Positions 48,073-58,043 of a stretch of 64,000 nucleotides of DNA are shown here, one piece after another. Each line of letters begins with the position of its first letter. Position 1 is the stretch's first letter. Origin of the DNA: a virus. The DNA lies in IMG/VR virus record IMGVR_UViG_3300037474_000152. The stretch is one strand, 5' to 3'. A program made the translations under genes and the position numbers. The notes beneath the pieces were generated by a model. It did no database searches. It was given only the letters and a program-made list of their open reading frames with translations, and was not told where the DNA came from.

Positions 48073-48592
48073 CAAATACTTAATTCTCGATAGTTCTGGT
48101 GTTGCCTACCGTGAAACCGAGGCGCTCGTTCAAACCCGTGGTGCTCAAGACGGCGGCAAAATTCTTGCGCTTGGCACAGACGGCAAAGTTGATCAGTCGA
48201 TTCTGCCGACTGGGGTGGGACCAGATACCCTTGTTGCCCCAGCGTCGGAAAGCCTAGCGGCCGGTGATTGGCTCAACGCTTGGAACGACAACGGCACGGT
48301 TAAGTTCAGGAAAGCCGACGCCAGTGCAGGCATTGGAAAAAGGGCCACTCATTTCACGCTTTCAGCAACAGCAGCGGCTCAAAACGCCACGGGGTACCCA
48401 ATAGGGTCAGGAACCAACTCCGCGCTCTCTGGTCTGACACCAACTTCCCCCTATTTCTTGAGTAACACCGTACCGGGTGGTGTTACCGCCACTCTCGTCA
48501 CGACCTCCGGACACCTCAACCAATTCCTAGGGTTCGCTCGCAGTGCCACCGCGCTTGAATCTCGTCAGGGCTATGTAGTAATCAGAGCCTGA
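48065..48592 (+). CDS. DUF2190-like head fibre protein
   Basis: ASESLAAGD...RKADA...GLTP..PYFLS..PGG.T...QFLG.A.SAT.L. Confidence 0.55.
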   Translation: MADKYLILDSSGVAYRETEALVQTRGAQDGGKILALGTDGKVDQSILPTGVGPDTLVAPASESLAAGDWLNAWNDNGTVKFRKADASAGIGKRATHFTLSATAAAQNATGYPIGSGTNSALSGLTPTSPYFLSNTVPGGVTATLVTTSGHLNQFLGFARSATALESRQGYVVIRA

Positions 48593-49032
48593 TGAAATTC
48601 CTCACTGCTGGCAATCCTTGGTTTCAGGAGTACGACAATGGGCAACTATTCCTAAGCTGCGTTACCAATCGAACCGCCGCAGCTACACCCCTCACCCAAT
48701 CCGATGGCAGTCAACTGACAATCCCCAACAATACGGCTCTCGGCTTCAACTTCCTAATTGGCGGTCGAGGGACAGGGGGAACCAACGACACTAAGGTGGG
48801 TTACTACCAACTGACGGGGATTGCCAAGAATATCAACGGAACCCTAACCGTAGTTGCGGGTTCGGGCGGGGGACTGACGGGGCGGGCAACTGTCTATCTT
48901 GTGCAAATAGAAGAGGTGTCAGGATGGGATGTCGCCGTCGTGGCGTCTGGCACTACTCTCAGCTTTCAGGTTAGTGGCGATACTGGGACGGTTGTGCAGT
49001 GGAGGGCAGTGGGGCAGTTGTTGTACATTTAG
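48592..49032 (+). CDS. Hypothetical beta-rich virion protein
   Basis: TGATG coupling to the previous gene. Confidence 0.5.
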   Translation: MKFLTAGNPWFQEYDNGQLFLSCVTNRTAAATPLTQSDGSQLTIPNNTALGFNFLIGGRGTGGTNDTKVGYYQLTGIAKNINGTLTVVAGSGGGLTGRATVYLVQIEEVSGWDVAVVASGTTLSFQVSGDTGTVVQWRAVGQLLYI

Positions 49033-49054
49033 CCGCGTCATACCGCGCTTTCCC

Positions 49055-49852
49055 TCACCAATCGCTGCTCAATTCTGGCAACACCCCAGCATCATCAGGA
49101 ATCAGCGTCAGACCATACCATGCGACAATACCACGCTCGTTTAGGCTGTAGCCGTGCCAGTCTACCTCTGACGCATAAACAACCGACTCTCCCGTCGTCA
49201 TCACCACAACGTCTTGCTGGGCTTCCTTGCGGCGATAAGATGCAATCCCCCGAAACAACGCATCGTAGACAAGCTTTCCCATTGCACCCTTGCCGGGGAA
49301 GTCATCTAGCTCACAGCCTCTCTCGCCAACTAACACCTCTTCTAGAACCTCAAGTAAGACACAAGCCAGGGGAAGATTAAAACCTAAAAGGGCAGGAGGG
49401 CGTCTAGCGTTAGCGTCACCTTTGCAACCCTTTGGAAGTGGTAGACTTTTGAACCGGAATAACTTGAAAGTGTCGCGCAATTCGTAACGGTACTTCCTTA
49501 GAGATGCTTCTGATATCTTGATTTGCCAGAATGCACCAATCTGGTCAGCTACGCCTTCAATCGTGACGTTGAACTGCCCAATTCCCTTGAGCGCCAATTC
49601 TCGAATATTGCTAGCAACCCGATGGAATCCCTTTGCTTCCCCTTGCGCTCGTCTCACCTTGGTCACAATTCCAGTAGAGCAACAAGCGCGATAGGTCAAG
49701 GCGTTGAGATAGGCAAACACTACCTTGAGCTTTTGAGTTCGCCAACCACGGACAAGTGAAGTGAAGTGAGTCCGTATGGCGGTTATCTGTGATTTACTGG
49801 GAATTCTTGATTGAAAGCCTTGCGGCATGCTAGCATTCATATTGTCAATCAC
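49055..49852 (-). CDS. Orphan basic protein, possible wHTH (GVADQIG...ISEASLRKYRYEL)
   Basis: 265-aa ORF antisense to the structural operon. Confidence 0.5.
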   Translation of the reverse strand: MIDNMNASMPQGFQSRIPSKSQITAIRTHFTSLVRGWRTQKLKVVFAYLNALTYRACCSTGIVTKVRRAQGEAKGFHRVASNIRELALKGIGQFNVTIEGVADQIGAFWQIKISEASLRKYRYELRDTFKLFRFKSLPLPKGCKGDANARRPPALLGFNLPLACVLLEVLEEVLVGERGCELDDFPGKGAMGKLVYDALFRGIASYRRKEAQQDVVVMTTGESVVYASEVDWHGYSLNERGIVAWYGLTLIPDDAGVLPELSSDW

Positions 49853-50123
49853 TGGTGATTAAAGTAATTGGTTGACCAACCCCGGAGCGCGTCAACGCTG
49901 CCGGGAACTTTTGTATTTTACCAATCTTTCGGCTAAAGCACAATTTTCTTCATCCTTTGAGGTGCTACCTTTTAGCCATTTTGTTAGCCAAGAAATGGAA
50001 GGGGATTCTTTGCACGGTTCAACCCAAGCAGCAAAAAGACAAGGCATTTGAGCGGTCAGTAGAAGATATTGCTTTAGCCGAAACTTTGCATAAGCGCGGC
50101 ATAACGCGGGTTTCTTCTTGCTA

Positions 50124-50363
50124 TTACTTGCACATCCACTTCCAAAACTCAATTAGCGACAGTCCATAAACCCGCGCGATCGCTTCTGCGTATTCAGTCG
50201 TCAGCGACGTTCGCCCTCGTTCTAGCCGACGAACCGTGTCGTAGCTCACGCTAAGCGCTAGGGCCAGCCGTTCTCTGCTCCATCGGTTTTCTTCTCGCAG
50301 GGCTGTCAGCCGGCCCCCGTAATCAACTTTCTGCAATATTTGCACGGCAATTGAGGCAAACAT
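50124..50363 (-). CDS. XRE-family HTH regulator
   Basis: RLTALREENRWSRERLALALSVSYDTVRRLERGR...AIARVYG. Confidence 0.85.
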   Translation of the reverse strand: MFASIAVQILQKVDYGGRLTALREENRWSRERLALALSVSYDTVRRLERGRTSLTTEYAEAIARVYGLSLIEFWKWMCK

Positions 50364-50406
50364 TCTCCAATTCTAAAGGATTGAGAAATTAATCTAAAAG
50401 CTGGTG
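50332..50406 (+). promoter_or_regulatory. Upstream region, copy 1 of a 75-bp diverged duplication
   Basis: Aligns ungapped with 55162-55236 (56/75 identical by hand). Confidence 0.65.
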
Positions 50407-50435
50407 GATAAAAGCGATGGAGGCCTTAAGGTCGG

Positions 50436-51125
50436 ATGCCGCCTTTTTTAATTATTGAGCCAGTGAAGATCGGAGATCGACTGTATTTTCCAGGTGAGGT
50501 CGTGCAACTGGATGGGCAAGCGGCAAGCCTTCTCCTGCTGGGAAAGATAAAACCACAAAGTAATGACCCCATTCCTGCGCCTTCGCCGGACTTTGGGTTT
50601 GGCTCTGCTGGGGTTAATTTCTACTTTGGGACGGCTCCCCCAGAGAATGGAACCTACGACAAAGGCGATCGCGTTTTTAACGTTAATCCAATTGACGGAA
50701 GTTTTGACGGTTGGGTTTGCGTTGCCAGTGGCACACCTGGGACGTGGATTGGATACGGAAGAATTGGGACAAGTGGTGGCTCGACTGAATTGGGAGTCAG
50801 CCTGTCTGCATCAACAACTACGGGGGTGGTTGGGGTAGCAATTACGTTAACCGCTACGGCTGTTGTGCCCAATGGTCGAATAATTGCAAAAATTGAGTTC
50901 TATGACGGTGCAAGTAAGTTGGGGGAAAAAACAAGCTCTCCTTACACCTTTAACTACACGCCTTCTACACCTGGCTCTAAGCAGCTTACAGCAAAGATTA
51001 CTGACAACACATCTGCTGTAAACACAAGCAACGTTGTTGTTGTTGTGATTGCGTCACCTGTATCTACTCCGGGTGACGCAATCGCGCGAGGACTTATTCT
51101 TTTAGGTTTCCCTGTAGCGATTTGA
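50436..51125 (+). CDS. Virion decoration protein with C-terminal bacterial Ig-like domain
   Basis: AKIEFYDGASKLGE.TSSPYTF.YTP...G...LTAK.TDN; GWVCVASGTPGTW module; N-terminus similar to 58068. Confidence 0.7.
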   Translation: MPPFLIIEPVKIGDRLYFPGEVVQLDGQAASLLLLGKIKPQSNDPIPAPSPDFGFGSAGVNFYFGTAPPENGTYDKGDRVFNVNPIDGSFDGWVCVASGTPGTWIGYGRIGTSGGSTELGVSLSASTTTGVVGVAITLTATAVVPNGRIIAKIEFYDGASKLGEKTSSPYTFNYTPSTPGSKQLTAKITDNTSAVNTSNVVVVVIASPVSTPGDAIARGLILLGFPVAI

Positions 51126-51126
51126 T

Positions 51127-51477
51127 ATGCCAAAAACTGTAATTAATTCAACTGCGTACACGATAGACCCGTCAACGTACACAGATAGAAGCGCGGCTTC
51201 TGATGCCAGTGTTGCAAACTTTACTACTGTTTTTGCGGCTGGCACTACCCGAACTGAATTCTTTTTTCAAGCTAGCGACCCTGGCACGGGCAATGATACA
51301 GGCCCATTTTTCTTGTACTACGGCACAGGTGTGGGGGCAAAGATGTTTCGTAAGGTTTTTCCTGGTGAGTCAGTTCACAAAATTAATAACTTAAATAACT
51401 CAGACCTAGGGATCATTTCGGTCAAGTCTGCGATTGCTTCTCAGGGATTTATAGCTTGGGAGTGTACAGTAGCATAA
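51127..51477 (+). CDS. Hypothetical beta-rich protein
   Basis: 116 aa, coupled to neighbours. Confidence 0.55.
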   Translation: MPKTVINSTAYTIDPSTYTDRSAASDASVANFTTVFAAGTTRTEFFFQASDPGTGNDTGPFFLYYGTGVGAKMFRKVFPGESVHKINNLNNSDLGIISVKSAIASQGFIAWECTVA

Positions 51478-54400
51478 TGGCTGTAAATCTTTTTGATTCT
51501 GGAATAGCTAAGCCCGGAAGTTTGCAAAAGCGAGTGGCTCAAAAGCTGCCATACGCGCCCCGTCATCAACGTGCTCGAGTTGTCAAAAGCGCTCAAGCTG
51601 CATCGGTATTTCTCAACCAATCTTTTACGGCAAGTCAAGTTATCGATCTGTTAGGGCAATGCCGTTGGTTTAGCTTTGAGGAATACGTCACTTTCAAAGA
51701 TGTGTCAGCTACGCAACGAACCAACTTTGACACGATCAATACTGAGACTGTTCGAGATGCAAATTTTATTTATAGGGCTGACGTTCAAGTTAAGGCTGCT
51801 AGGGGTTTAGTCAAAGGAGAACTGTTAGTTTCTCCTGCTACTGGAGGGAATCCAGCTTTTCTTCGGGTTGATGGCATGTCTTTGGTAGGCGATCGAACGT
51901 TTGATATTTCAGGGAGTTTTTTATTAAATTCTAATTTTTCGATTATTACAGGATTGTCTGTTAATTATCTCGATGATCCGGCAAATACTTATCCAATGCG
52001 TTTAGTAGATGCAACAGAATTATCGATTAGATATGCAGCATACAATTCAATTACTTTTAAGGTAGGATCAACAACAATTACGGGTTCTCTCACAGAGTCT
52101 CAAGTCCCCTATAAAAAAGCTCGTCATTTCGTGACAACACGTCTTGATTCTTCGGGAATGGGACTTTGGATTAATGATGACAGTATTGCTGTAAGTTCCA
52201 CGAATACACAACTGTCTACGCTAACAAATTTTCAATTAGGTTCCGGATTAAAGGGAACTGTCTCTGATTTGATTTTTGCTCCAGCATTAACAAGCAATGA
52301 GCTAAAGGCTATTAGAACTTTTTTAGCGATTTACAAAGACATAGAGTCAGCAACTTATCAAAAATCTCAAACAAGTCTTATAACTGATTCATATTCTCGA
52401 ACATTTTTACCTTTTGGGAACACGGCAACCAAGGGAAAGAGTTTTACACAAAATGCCGATGCTATTTGCGTAGACAGCGACGGAACTCTGTATACAGCAG
52501 GAATTTACGACGAAGACGCTCATGCATGTGGAGCCTATACATCGGCTGGAATAAATAAAGGTATTTTTCCTTTTGGAGCCGTAGCCTCTTCTCATGCAGT
52601 AGCTACGGATGCAACCTACGCTTATTTTGCTGGAAGCGTGGGATCGACCTCCGGACAGTTTGGAGTAAGAAGATACAATAAAACAACTTTTGCTTTAGTA
52701 AATTATTCAAGTGTCAATGGTTTTCCTACTAGTACGTCAGCAGGAACTTCCTCCGATCCGTCGTTCTATCCAATTAGAGGACTTTCTGTTTCAGGTTCAG
52801 AAATCTATGTCTCCGATGTTCAGGCTAATAAAGTAAAAGTTTATAACACAGGAACTGGCGCTTTTGTTCGTGAATTTGCTTGTACAAACCCCTACCAGTC
52901 AACTATCGATGGTTCTGGAAACATTTGGGTAGTGCAGAAAATTGCGGGAGCGGGATTGGTTACGTTATTTTCTTCAACAGGCACTCAGCTTAAGCAAATT
53001 ACAACTGTTACGAAACCTTCAGGAGTAGCGATTAGTGGCACAACTCTTTATGTGGGAGACAACGGAACGAAGCAAATTCGTATTTTTGACGTGTCGAGTA
53101 CTCCTACTCAATCCTCTGTAATTGGTGCTTCTGTATTTGCTAGCTCCCGTCCAGTAGCAAGTCGAGGAAAAATTACGCCACTCTTTTGGAGAGAAATCAC
53201 TGACATTGATATAGATGGATCTGGTAATCTCTACGTATCAGATAGCCGATATGATATCGGAGCAAGAGTTGAATCTTATAAACTTAGCGATAGTTCACGA
53301 AACTATCAATTACTGGGATTATTATTTGTAGATGTTTGTGACATCGATCCAGACGACCAAACGATTGTATATTCTCGTTCTCATAAATTTAAGCTCAATT
53401 ACGCTAATAAAACCTGGTCTTATGATGCGTGTCTTGTAAACTCGGACAAATTCACTACGGATATCCGCCCCGATCATATTGGCAACAGCTTTGTCAATAT
53501 TGTTAATATTCTCGGTGATAAATTTTTATTACTTTCTAAAGCAACAAATAGTACTGAAGCTATTTTTGCTTTGTTTAGATTTAATAAAACATCGGAAGGA
53601 GAAACAGCCATTCCCTGCTTAACTTATAACTATTCAACAGGAAGTTATTGGGTAGATGGCAATGGAGATGGAATCGTTCAATCTGGTGAGCAAAACGTTG
53701 CACTAGGTCTACCATTTGGAACAATAGCTTCTAACGGTAATTTATTAAGTATCTCAGTATCTAGTGGAACCTTTATTCTTAAAATAACGCCAGTAGCAAG
53801 TCTAAATGGTTATGGTGTTCCGGTTTATGACTTTAATTCTGTTCAGTCTTTTACAATTCCAGGGACAGCTAACTTTGCTAATGTCAAAAGACTCATAGAA
53901 TCTAACGGAAGAATTTTTATTTCCGCTACTAGTAACTCTGCAAATACAGATGGTCGGTTTGCTGGGGAGATTATAGCTGAATATAGGTTGCAATCCAATC
54001 TAGTCAAGATCAGAGAATTTAAGATTCCCAACAACGACAATCTCTTGCACGTATCAAAAAACATAGCAGTGCAAGATGATTTACTGTTTGTCAGTTATTT
54101 AACTTCGGATGAGTACTATTACCCTAAGACGTTTAGATTAATTAGAGTGTTTAATCTATTAACAGGGGCAGAAATAGCAAAAACTCATCTATCTCCTTTT
54201 CCAGAAAATCTAAGCTGGCTGGACATCGACGAACCGATTCGAGTCAAAAAATCATCGACTTACCCTAATCAATACTTGATTGCCGCACAAGATGTGGCTT
54301 ATTTACAAAATCAAGTAACAATCTTGGACTTTCAGCTAAATGTCATTATTGGATACGATCCTCTAACTACTGCTTTTGTAGATCGAATAAACCGTAGTGG

Positions 54401-55109
54401 CGGGAGTATTTCTAGTAACGACATATTATCGGTTAATACTTTTATTGGATCAATACGTTCATTGATCGACGCTGGATTAATTTACGAGTTCGATCCATTT
54501 GCGGGAGATGATGCAAAGTCCGCCATTTGCAAACTGATCTATCAAGGTGCCGATCCTGAGTTTCTAACTAATACTAGTTACAGTCAATCTCCTGCAGGAA
54601 AAGCTCTGTATGCCCGAAATAAGGGCTTTACCATGCTTCGAGGCTCGGATCACAGCTATCTTGATACAGGTGTTCCTGGTAATAAATACGCAACAGTTTC
54701 AAATGGTGGATTAGGAGTTTATGTTCGTAATTGGATAGATAATACTGGAACTGCTATCGGTTCAGGACAACTATATATTAAACCTCGAACAACAGGAGGA
54801 ACCCTAGTAAACTATGCTGCCAATGCCACTAGGGGAACTAATTATTTTGTTGAAACTTTTGGGTTTGGTTGGTATACAAGTAATTCAGACTCTGCATATC
54901 GAAACGGTATTTTTCAGGCGAGTTTAGGTCAAGAAGCAATAGATACAGCTAATATTTCTATTGGACAAAGAATCGGACAACTGGATACAACTGCATCTGA
55001 TTTGGGATGCGCTTGCATTAAAAAGAACTTGACGGCGTCTCAAGAATTAACTTTGTACAATGCTGTTCAAACTTTGATGACGGCTTTTGGTCGTAATTCC
55101 ACTCCATAA
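51477..55109 (+). CDS. Large virion-associated protein: LamG-like domain, NHL/beta-propeller repeats, C-terminal lectin-like domain
   Basis: Repeats such as IDGSGNIWV, GVAISGTTLYVGD, IDIDGSGNLYVSD; TAATG coupling gives start 51477; AT-rich. Confidence 0.65.
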   Translation: MAVNLFDSGIAKPGSLQKRVAQKLPYAPRHQRARVVKSAQAASVFLNQSFTASQVIDLLGQCRWFSFEEYVTFKDVSATQRTNFDTINTETVRDANFIYRADVQVKAARGLVKGELLVSPATGGNPAFLRVDGMSLVGDRTFDISGSFLLNSNFSIITGLSVNYLDDPANTYPMRLVDATELSIRYAAYNSITFKVGSTTITGSLTESQVPYKKARHFVTTRLDSSGMGLWINDDSIAVSSTNTQLSTLTNFQLGSGLKGTVSDLIFAPALTSNELKAIRTFLAIYKDIESATYQKSQTSLITDSYSRTFLPFGNTATKGKSFTQNADAICVDSDGTLYTAGIYDEDAHACGAYTSAGINKGIFPFGAVASSHAVATDATYAYFAGSVGSTSGQFGVRRYNKTTFALVNYSSVNGFPTSTSAGTSSDPSFYPIRGLSVSGSEIYVSDVQANKVKVYNTGTGAFVREFACTNPYQSTIDGSGNIWVVQKIAGAGLVTLFSSTGTQLKQITTVTKPSGVAISGTTLYVGDNGTKQIRIFDVSSTPTQSSVIGASVFASSRPVASRGKITPLFWREITDIDIDGSGNLYVSDSRYDIGARVESYKLSDSSRNYQLLGLLFVDVCDIDPDDQTIVYSRSHKFKLNYANKTWSYDACLVNSDKFTTDIRPDHIGNSFVNIVNILGDKFLLLSKATNSTEAIFALFRFNKTSEGETAIPCLTYNYSTGSYWVDGNGDGIVQSGEQNVALGLPFGTIASNGNLLSISVSSGTFILKITPVASLNGYGVPVYDFNSVQSFTIPGTANFANVKRLIESNGRIFISATSNSANTDGRFAGEIIAEYRLQSNLVKIREFKIPNNDNLLHVSKNIAVQDDLLFVSYLTSDEYYYPKTFRLIRVFNLLTGAEIAKTHLSPFPENLSWLDIDEPIRVKKSSTYPNQYLIAAQDVAYLQNQVTILDFQLNVIIGYDPLTTAFVDRINRSGGSISSNDILSVNTFIGSIRSLIDAGLIYEFDPFAGDDAKSAICKLIYQGADPEFLTNTSYSQSPAGKALYARNKGFTMLRGSDHSYLDTGVPGNKYATVSNGGLGVYVRNWIDNTGTAIGSGQLYIKPRTTGGTLVNYAANATRGTNYFVETFGFGWYTSNSDSAYRNGIFQASLGQEAIDTANISIGQRIGQLDTTASDLGCACIKKNLTASQELTLYNAVQTLMTAFGRNSTP

Positions 55110-55161
55110 GGGAAAGAAGAGTGTGAAGCAGAGCGCGAGGTGGCAAAAGCTTTGCTCTAAT

Positions 55162-55236
55162 TGCAATATCTGCACGGCAAGTAAAGCGAAAACCCTTCAG
55201 TTTCAAGGTTTTAAGGAATTAACCTGAAAGCTGGTG
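55162..55236 (+). promoter_or_regulatory. Upstream region of the protease-capsid operon, copy 2 of the 75-bp duplication
   Basis: TGCAATATYTGCACGGCAA...AATTAAYCTRAAAGCTGGTG shared with 50332-50406. Confidence 0.65.
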
Positions 55237-55252
55237 ACTCGTTGAAACGTGC

Positions 55253-56686
55253 ATGTCAGATGGACTGAAGTGGTTAGAGATATTCAGAGCGGGAAAGCGG
55301 ACTTCGTCTAACGGCGTTACTCGCGACTATTCCACTAGCGACCTGGATCAGGCGGTTGAAACTTACAACCCGGATAGCTTCAAGGCTCCACTTATTATTA
55401 GCTACCCAGCGCATCACACTGGCTCTTACGCAGATAGCGAATTACACAAAAGCCAACTTGCCTTTGGCTATCCCGAAAAGCTCAAGCGCATAGGTGACAA
55501 GCTTATGGGCGGCTTCAAAAAGATTTCTCCCAAGGTAGGCGAATGGATTCGCAATGGAGAAATCCTGGGGTTTAGCTCTAGCTTCTATCTGCCCAACTCC
55601 TTATACAATCCTTACCCTGGCAAGTTGTCTCTTCGTCACGTTGCGGGTTGCGGCGTCGATCCGCCAGCCGTAAAAGGAATGGAGTTGCCCGACAACTTCA
55701 GCGATGCTGAGCGGTCTGACGCGCTTGTTTACTCCCTTGATGAGTTTGAGGACTACTCAGAAGAGCAAGACGATACGGTCGAGTTTGGATTGGATGCTGA
55801 CGACGAAACGATAGAAGATGCCGTACTTGGAGCGAAAGTATGGAATGCCCTTAGGAATGTCGCCAGCTTCACGGGAACGTCTGATTTCATGGCGTTTGGT
55901 GACGGAGGGGTTGCCACTTTATTTAAAGATTTCTATCAACGAACGCGCGATCGTTTCATTGAAGAAAAAGGGGTAGAAGAAGCGGATAAGACTTACCCCA
56001 CTTACGTGCTAGACCAACTAGCTATCATGACTTCCCAGCCTTCCCCCTCATTTGCCACATGGGAAGACATCAGAGTATTGCAATCCCAGATTAATGAATT
56101 GAGGGTGCCGTCCGGTGGTAGTGACGGCAAGGACAATCTTGGGGAGTTTTTAAACGATTACAGCGAGGAGGATGACGAAGAGTTTATGCCCAGTGAAGCA
56201 GAATTCGAGGAGATGAAAGAGGAACTCTCCGACTTGAAGATAAAGGTCAAGCTGCTTGGTCAGGAAAACGAAAGGCTGACCAGCGAAAACGTCAACATCG
56301 CACAACAGCGTGAAACTGACCGAGTAACGGCATTTTGCGAACAATTGGTACGCGATCGCAAGCTTCTCCCTACCCAAAAAGACAAGGAAGTCCGCTTCAT
56401 TCTTTCCCTGGATAGTACCAACACTGCCGACTACGGAGAAGAGGGAACGCTAACACCCCGCGACGCTTATATGAATAAGCTTTCCGGTGGTCGGGAGCTG
56501 TGGTCGAACAAGCAAATGCCAATCGGTCCCGAAGATGCCCCTGCGTCATTTAGGGAGCGGGTGCCAGATGGTTTTGACGCCAAGAGCACGGCTCAGCACC
56601 GGCAGGTTCAGTCTTATGCCCAGGAACACAGCATTAGCTATTCCGAGGCTATAGATGCACTTCAAAAAACGGGAGCGCTGGACTAA
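55253..56686 (+). CDS. Mu gpI-like prohead protease/scaffold
   Basis: LEIFRAGK...DLDQAVETY.P...AP...H...AFG...FSSSFY...LRHVAGCG..PPAVKGM; acidic coiled-coil C-terminus. Confidence 0.88.
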   Translation: MSDGLKWLEIFRAGKRTSSNGVTRDYSTSDLDQAVETYNPDSFKAPLIISYPAHHTGSYADSELHKSQLAFGYPEKLKRIGDKLMGGFKKISPKVGEWIRNGEILGFSSSFYLPNSLYNPYPGKLSLRHVAGCGVDPPAVKGMELPDNFSDAERSDALVYSLDEFEDYSEEQDDTVEFGLDADDETIEDAVLGAKVWNALRNVASFTGTSDFMAFGDGGVATLFKDFYQRTRDRFIEEKGVEEADKTYPTYVLDQLAIMTSQPSPSFATWEDIRVLQSQINELRVPSGGSDGKDNLGEFLNDYSEEDDEEFMPSEAEFEEMKEELSDLKIKVKLLGQENERLTSENVNIAQQRETDRVTAFCEQLVRDRKLLPTQKDKEVRFILSLDSTNTADYGEEGTLTPRDAYMNKLSGGRELWSNKQMPIGPEDAPASFRERVPDGFDAKSTAQHRQVQSYAQEHSISYSEAIDALQKTGALD

Positions 56687-57036
56687 TGGCTATTAAGCAA
56701 AGTGTTGTCAACTTAAACATTGTCACTACGGGCGCAATTGCAAAAAAGCGGTTTATTAACCGCCTGGGCGCTCAGGCTACTGCTAACCAAAACACCCTTG
56801 GCGTTAACGATTACGCCGTCGTAGCTGGGGAGTGCGCTTTGTGCGACCACTTGGGCGTGTCAATGGTCGAGGCTGGTGCGGCGATTGCAGCCAACGTGAC
56901 CGAACGCAGGTTAGAGACTAATGCAACCGGTCAAGCTGTCACCTACACCACGGGCCCAGCTGTAGCCGTCTTGCTGCCCGGTCAGTCTGCCACGGCAGCA
57001 GGTCAGCTCATCAGCGTTATTTTGTTGTCGAACTAG
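56686..57036 (+). CDS. DUF2190-family capsid cement protein
   Basis: Small Ala/Gly/Thr-rich gene between protease and MCP; VEAGAAIAA...TNATGQAV. Confidence 0.7.
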   Translation: MAIKQSVVNLNIVTTGAIAKKRFINRLGAQATANQNTLGVNDYAVVAGECALCDHLGVSMVEAGAAIAANVTERRLETNATGQAVTYTTGPAVAVLLPGQSATAAGQLISVILLSN

Positions 57037-57044
57037 GGGGAGGA

Positions 57045-58043
57045 ATGGTCGTAGAATTTGTCCGCGAGGGCATGAATCGAAGTGAGGTGAAGGCTGGGTA
57101 CAACATGGTCCTCAGCGCTTACGCCACTGGCTACACTAACGCTGAATTTAAAGGACGCTTTCTTTCTCCCTTTGCTGAGGTCCCGGCACGAACGGGGAAT
57201 ATCGTTCAGTTTGACGACTCGGCATTTGAGATAGCAGAAGATGACAGAGCAGACGGTGGTCCTTTTAACGAAATTCAAAGCGGATACGAAGGCTTACCTT
57301 ACAGCTTGAGAAACAAAGGGCTTGCTTTTAAAGTTCCTGTCGAGCACGAGGAACAAGCGCAAACCGCCAACATCAATCTAGGGAAGCGTGCCAGTAACGC
57401 ACTAATGATGCGTTCGGCCCTCAATATTGAACTCGAACAAGCCCGCGTTGCTCGAAACCCAGCCAATTACAACGGGTTGGTTATTGCTCTTTCGGGGGCT
57501 TCTCAGTTTAGTGACTCAGGTTCTCGCCCCGATCAAGTTGTGGAAGTTGCAAAGCTTGCGATCGCATCTCGCACTGGGCGCAAACCCAACGTGATGCTGG
57601 GCGGAGAGCAAGTTACCTCGGCGCTGCGAACTCACCCGTTAATCCGTGCTAACTTTCAGCCGACTAGCTCAATGTCCATTACGGACGAGATGCTGGCTCA
57701 GTATTTCAACGTCGATCGTTACGTGAGTGGCGAAGCGATTTGGCGTAACCCAGCAACTAGGGCTTTGGAGTTTATTTGGGGCAAAGACTTAATTCTTGCC
57801 TACACCAACCCCAAGGCATTTGAAGGGAACGAAGGTCGAATCGCTTACACAACCGATAACGACATTGACAGAATGGCGGAACCCAGCAAGTTCTATACCT
57901 ACGTCCTTAAAGGTGTTCCCAAGGTGAGCAATCCCTTCTGGTGGGAAATGAACGATAGCTGGTACTACAAAATTCGCTTTGAGCGCCAGCATTTTGTCAC
58001 TGGCATGGATTCTGGTTATTTGGTTCAAAACGCAGTTGCATAA
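57045..58043 (+). CDS. Major capsid protein
   Basis: 332 aa after protease and cement; TGRKPNVML...ALRTHP.I...LAQYFNV..Y..GEA...WGKD.ILAY. Confidence 0.85.
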   Translation: MVVEFVREGMNRSEVKAGYNMVLSAYATGYTNAEFKGRFLSPFAEVPARTGNIVQFDDSAFEIAEDDRADGGPFNEIQSGYEGLPYSLRNKGLAFKVPVEHEEQAQTANINLGKRASNALMMRSALNIELEQARVARNPANYNGLVIALSGASQFSDSGSRPDQVVEVAKLAIASRTGRKPNVMLGGEQVTSALRTHPLIRANFQPTSSMSITDEMLAQYFNVDRYVSGEAIWRNPATRALEFIWGKDLILAYTNPKAFEGNEGRIAYTTDNDIDRMAEPSKFYTYVLKGVPKVSNPFWWEMNDSWYYKIRFERQHFVTGMDSGYLVQNAVA

